From an uncultured Bacteroidota bacterium (GTDB lineage Bacteria; Bacteroidota; Bacteroidia; Bacteroidales; JAAUTT01): a stretch of 64,000 nt of DNA. The stretch covers positions 140,505 through 204,504 of the forward strand of contig CAWJWO010000003.1 of the NCBI GenBank assembly GCA_963846585.1, written 5' to 3'. How positions within the stretch are numbered: position 1 is the first letter of the stretch; each line of letters begins with the position of its first letter. The notes under the pieces are model-generated. The model searched no databases and was not told where the DNA came from. It saw only the letters and a list, made by a program, of their open reading frames with translations. Positions 61,781 to 64,000 of this stretch are shown one piece after another. A program made the position numbers and the translations under genes.

Positions 61781-62701
61781 ATGAACACTTATGCCAAAAT
61801 AATTCTGCGACAAAATTTTACAAAAACAGATGGTACTAAACCCATATATCTTAGGGTTACCATTGGGAGAATACAGAAGTATTTTAACCTGAATGTTTCG
61901 GTGCATCCAGATTCCTGGGATACGAAGAAATTTATGGTTCGTAAAAATTATCCTAATGCCAATAAAATAAATTTAATAACAAAAAATGCAATTAATAAAG
62001 CTGAAAAAATCTTATTCGATTATTCAATTCAAGGCAAACAAATATCGGTAGGAGAATTTGAGAGAAATTTTCTTCAATCGGAAGTACCCAATGATTCATT
62101 TTACGAATATGCTGAATCTGTAATTCAACAATCGGAAAAAAGATTTTCATTTTATACACTTAAATCGCTAAAAAGCCATTTACGAAAATTTAAACGATTT
62201 TCGACTGAACTATCTATGGCCGATTTAACCTATAGCTTTATTAAATCATATGATAATTACATGTTAAAACAGGGTAACAGTGAAAATACCCGGTTTAAAT
62301 CAATGGCAGTGTTGAAAAGTTTTATAAATAAGGCTATTAAGGACGGGCATATCAAGGAGAACCCATTTAAAATGTATCCAATTGGCAAGAAAGCTGGTAA
62401 TAAGGAATTCCTCACCATTGAAGAATTAAAAATTTTGGAAACCTATTTTAATAATGGTGTATCAATTGGTTTAAAGAATACGTTAAGGTATTTCTTATTC
62501 TCATGCTATACCGGGTTGCGTTACCAGGACATTAAAAAACTACGCCATTGTGAAATAAGTGATAATATGATTACTTTGATTATAACTAAGGAAATTGATT
62601 TTTCAATATTTTTTCCAAAATCTTTGATTATTTCTTCTGGTATTTTTCTGTATTGTATTTCAATATTTTTAGTCATTTCAGGTTTTTTAGTTGGTCTTTG
62701 A
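61781..62701 (+). pseudogene. Tyrosine-type site-specific integrase, 3'-truncated (Arm-binding + SAM-like domains, only the start of the catalytic domain)
   Basis: The N-terminus KIILRQNFTKTDGTKPIYLRVTI.. and the SAM-like core ..FIKSYDNYMLKQG.. are typical of Bacteroidota integrases. Homology reaches the first catalytic Arg (CYTGLRYQDIKKL) and is lost near 62590. The HxxR and Tyr regions are missing (306 aa, where about 400 would be expected). Confidence 0.7.
62521..62676 (-). pseudogene. Short ORF (51 codons), translationally coupled (ATGA) to the 181-aa gene; probably the 5' stump of a gene truncated at the ~62590 junction
   Basis: Hand translation: MTKNIEIQYRKIPEEIIKDFGKNIEKSIS, then hydrophobic read-through that is antisense to the integrase remnant. 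It is below the ORF-track length cutoff. Confidence 0.35.
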
Positions 62702-63218
62702 ATATGCAGAGAATATCCTCAAGTTCTGATGCTGTTAATTTATTTTTATGCAAAGCAACAGGTATTTCATCAATTAGCAAGTATTCTTTTTTTCCAAGTC
62801 GTCCAAATAAATTTTTCGCACCAACCCTTGTTCCACTATGAAGGTAAACTTTGTCTGGATTAATATTCAAGTATGCACCAATACGAGTTGCAGTGTCGTA
62901 TTTAGTAAGCTCTCCTATACCCTCACATTTTGTTCTTGAAACAATAGCCATAATTTCGTCAAACGATTTAGCAATTTTAATTTCATTCTCATGCTTTTTA
63001 AGTTCTTTTGAAAAATTAATTAAGTTTTTATTGCTTATTCGTCTTTGATGATTATGCCGTTTATTACATTTGTCTATTGCCTTTGCTGCAATTTCTATAA
63101 CACTCATCAAATCCGGTTGGGATTTACTATATTGTATATGGTTGTCAGGTTGTTTTTGACGCATTGCATTATATTGTCTAATAATTGTGTCAAAAGAAAT
63201 ATGATTTCTTGTCTTCAT
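62673..63218 (-). CDS. Hypothetical protein (181 aa) with a helix-hairpin-helix-like GIG motif
   Basis: Clean ORF with protein-like composition. The segment CEGIGELTKYDTATRIGAYL resembles an HhH GIG hairpin. No family confidently recognised. Confidence 0.5.
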   Translation of the reverse strand: MKTRNHISFDTIIRQYNAMRQKQPDNHIQYSKSQPDLMSVIEIAAKAIDKCNKRHNHQRRISNKNLINFSKELKKHENEIKIAKSFDEIMAIVSRTKCEGIGELTKYDTATRIGAYLNINPDKVYLHSGTRVGAKNLFGRLGKKEYLLIDEIPVALHKNKLTASELEDILCIFKDQLKNLK

Positions 63219-63305
63219 AATGTTTTCACTAAATGAGGTATTTAGATACTATTAATATTCAATACAAATGATTATATAAATCAAATACTTAACATTGAAT
63301 AATAT

Positions 63306-63875
63306 TTATTTTTCCACATTCTCCAGGTCTTCTAAAAACAAATGTAGAAGAGTTGAAGGATTCTCGAATGGCTCATTTTTTTTTGATCTATTAATAGCCT
63401 GAATCTTATGGGTTGCCAACTTTTCCTTCAATTTAAAAGACAGCTCTCCTTTCTTATAATTTGGACATAGGGCTTGAAGTTTCTTCTTACAATTTTCTGA
63501 ACTTATTTCAGCATTTAGATTGATAAAATGATAAATGTACCATAACTCAAAACATGGATTAGACACAATCAATTCTGTATGGATCTGTTGTTGAATTTGA
63601 TCCTGAATTAACTTTAATTTTTGCAGAAAGTCCTTAACATCAATATCATACATGAGATAAATCTTATCTTTTTTGTGGGTTGTTGAATTTTTAATATTTT
63701 CCCTGATTTTACGTACACTTACCTGGTTTCGGGTAATTTTAGAAACTATTTCAACCGGTACCCGGTAAGTTTTTCTTAAAAGTTGAATATATGTTTCCTC
63801 AGATTCCCCTTCACAAAACACAAAGAAGGTTGGTTTGATTTTTTTCCCTTTAGTTTCCCTTTTACGCCTTGCCAT
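63306..63875 (-). CDS. RloB-like protein (AbiLii-like partner of an AAA ATPase)
   Basis: 189 aa. The N-terminus RRKRETKGKKIKPTFFVFCEGESEETYIQLL matches the RloB signature (basic stretch plus (I/V)xCEGxxxExxY). Confidence 0.7.
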   Translation of the reverse strand: MARRKRETKGKKIKPTFFVFCEGESEETYIQLLRKTYRVPVEIVSKITRNQVSVRKIRENIKNSTTHKKDKIYLMYDIDVKDFLQKLKLIQDQIQQQIHTELIVSNPCFELWYIYHFINLNAEISSENCKKKLQALCPNYKKGELSFKLKEKLATHKIQAINRSKKNEPFENPSTLLHLFLEDLENVEK

Positions 63876-64000
63876 GTATGAGAGATTTTAGAGTAGCTAA
63901 CGATGTGTCAATATATGGTACTGCGTCAAACCGACCTTGAAGATATCCTTTCTCAGCATCCATTGTCTCTCTGAAGTCCTTATAATCAAAAAGAGAATAT
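63862..64000 (-). CDS. C-terminal end of an upstream gene (probable AAA ATPase partner of RloB); 5' end outside window
   Basis: Hand translation: ..YSLFDYKDFRETMDAEKGYLQGRFDAVPYIDTSLATLKSLIHGKA*. The frame is open to the window edge and the stop overlaps the RloB start by 14 nt. The ATPase identity is inferred only from the usual RloB gene pairing. Confidence 0.4.
   Translation of the reverse strand, partial: YSLFDYKDFRETMDAEKGYLQGRFDAVPYIDTSLATLKSLIHGKA

Overview
Low-GC chromosomal segment that looks like Bacteroidota: it has a PorP/SprF gene with a type-B sorting-domain cargo protein (T9SS), a DUF2723 protein, and a TAnnTTTG-type promoter upstream of a tRNA. I support about 48 genes. Housekeeping genes are tatC (partial), lptB, mdh, recX, prmC, ribD, trxA, dnaE, mpl and tRNA-Glu(UUC). 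There is an sprB-like operon (8820-21980, minus strand) encoding a 4386-aa repeat adhesin, followed by PorP/SprF and an OmpA-family protein. An envelope/redox cluster holds two DUF3857/transglutaminase-like genes, two thioredoxin-fold genes, an OM barrel, and an ECF sigma with a putative anti-sigma. Other content: an MNT gene with a decayed HEPN partner, a ParE-like TA pair, a 6-gene DUF2089/ABC operon, a TPR-caspase gene next to a beta-propeller/PP2C sensor, and a decayed integrative island after tRNA-Glu carrying an RloB + ATPase (AbiL-like) pair. The most unusual content is non-coding. About 18 of 25 intergenic spacers are packed with head-to-tail arrays of a small shared set of 7-9 bp words. 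These resemble cyanobacterial STRR heptamers. They often start at or within a few nt of stop codons, and in several genes they supply the stop codon. A second repeat class is a ~57-bp module that forms long imperfect palindromes immediately after stop codons. Both classes are absent from the TA/ABC segment and from the tRNA-linked island. All product calls rest on motif recognition by eye; no database search was possible.
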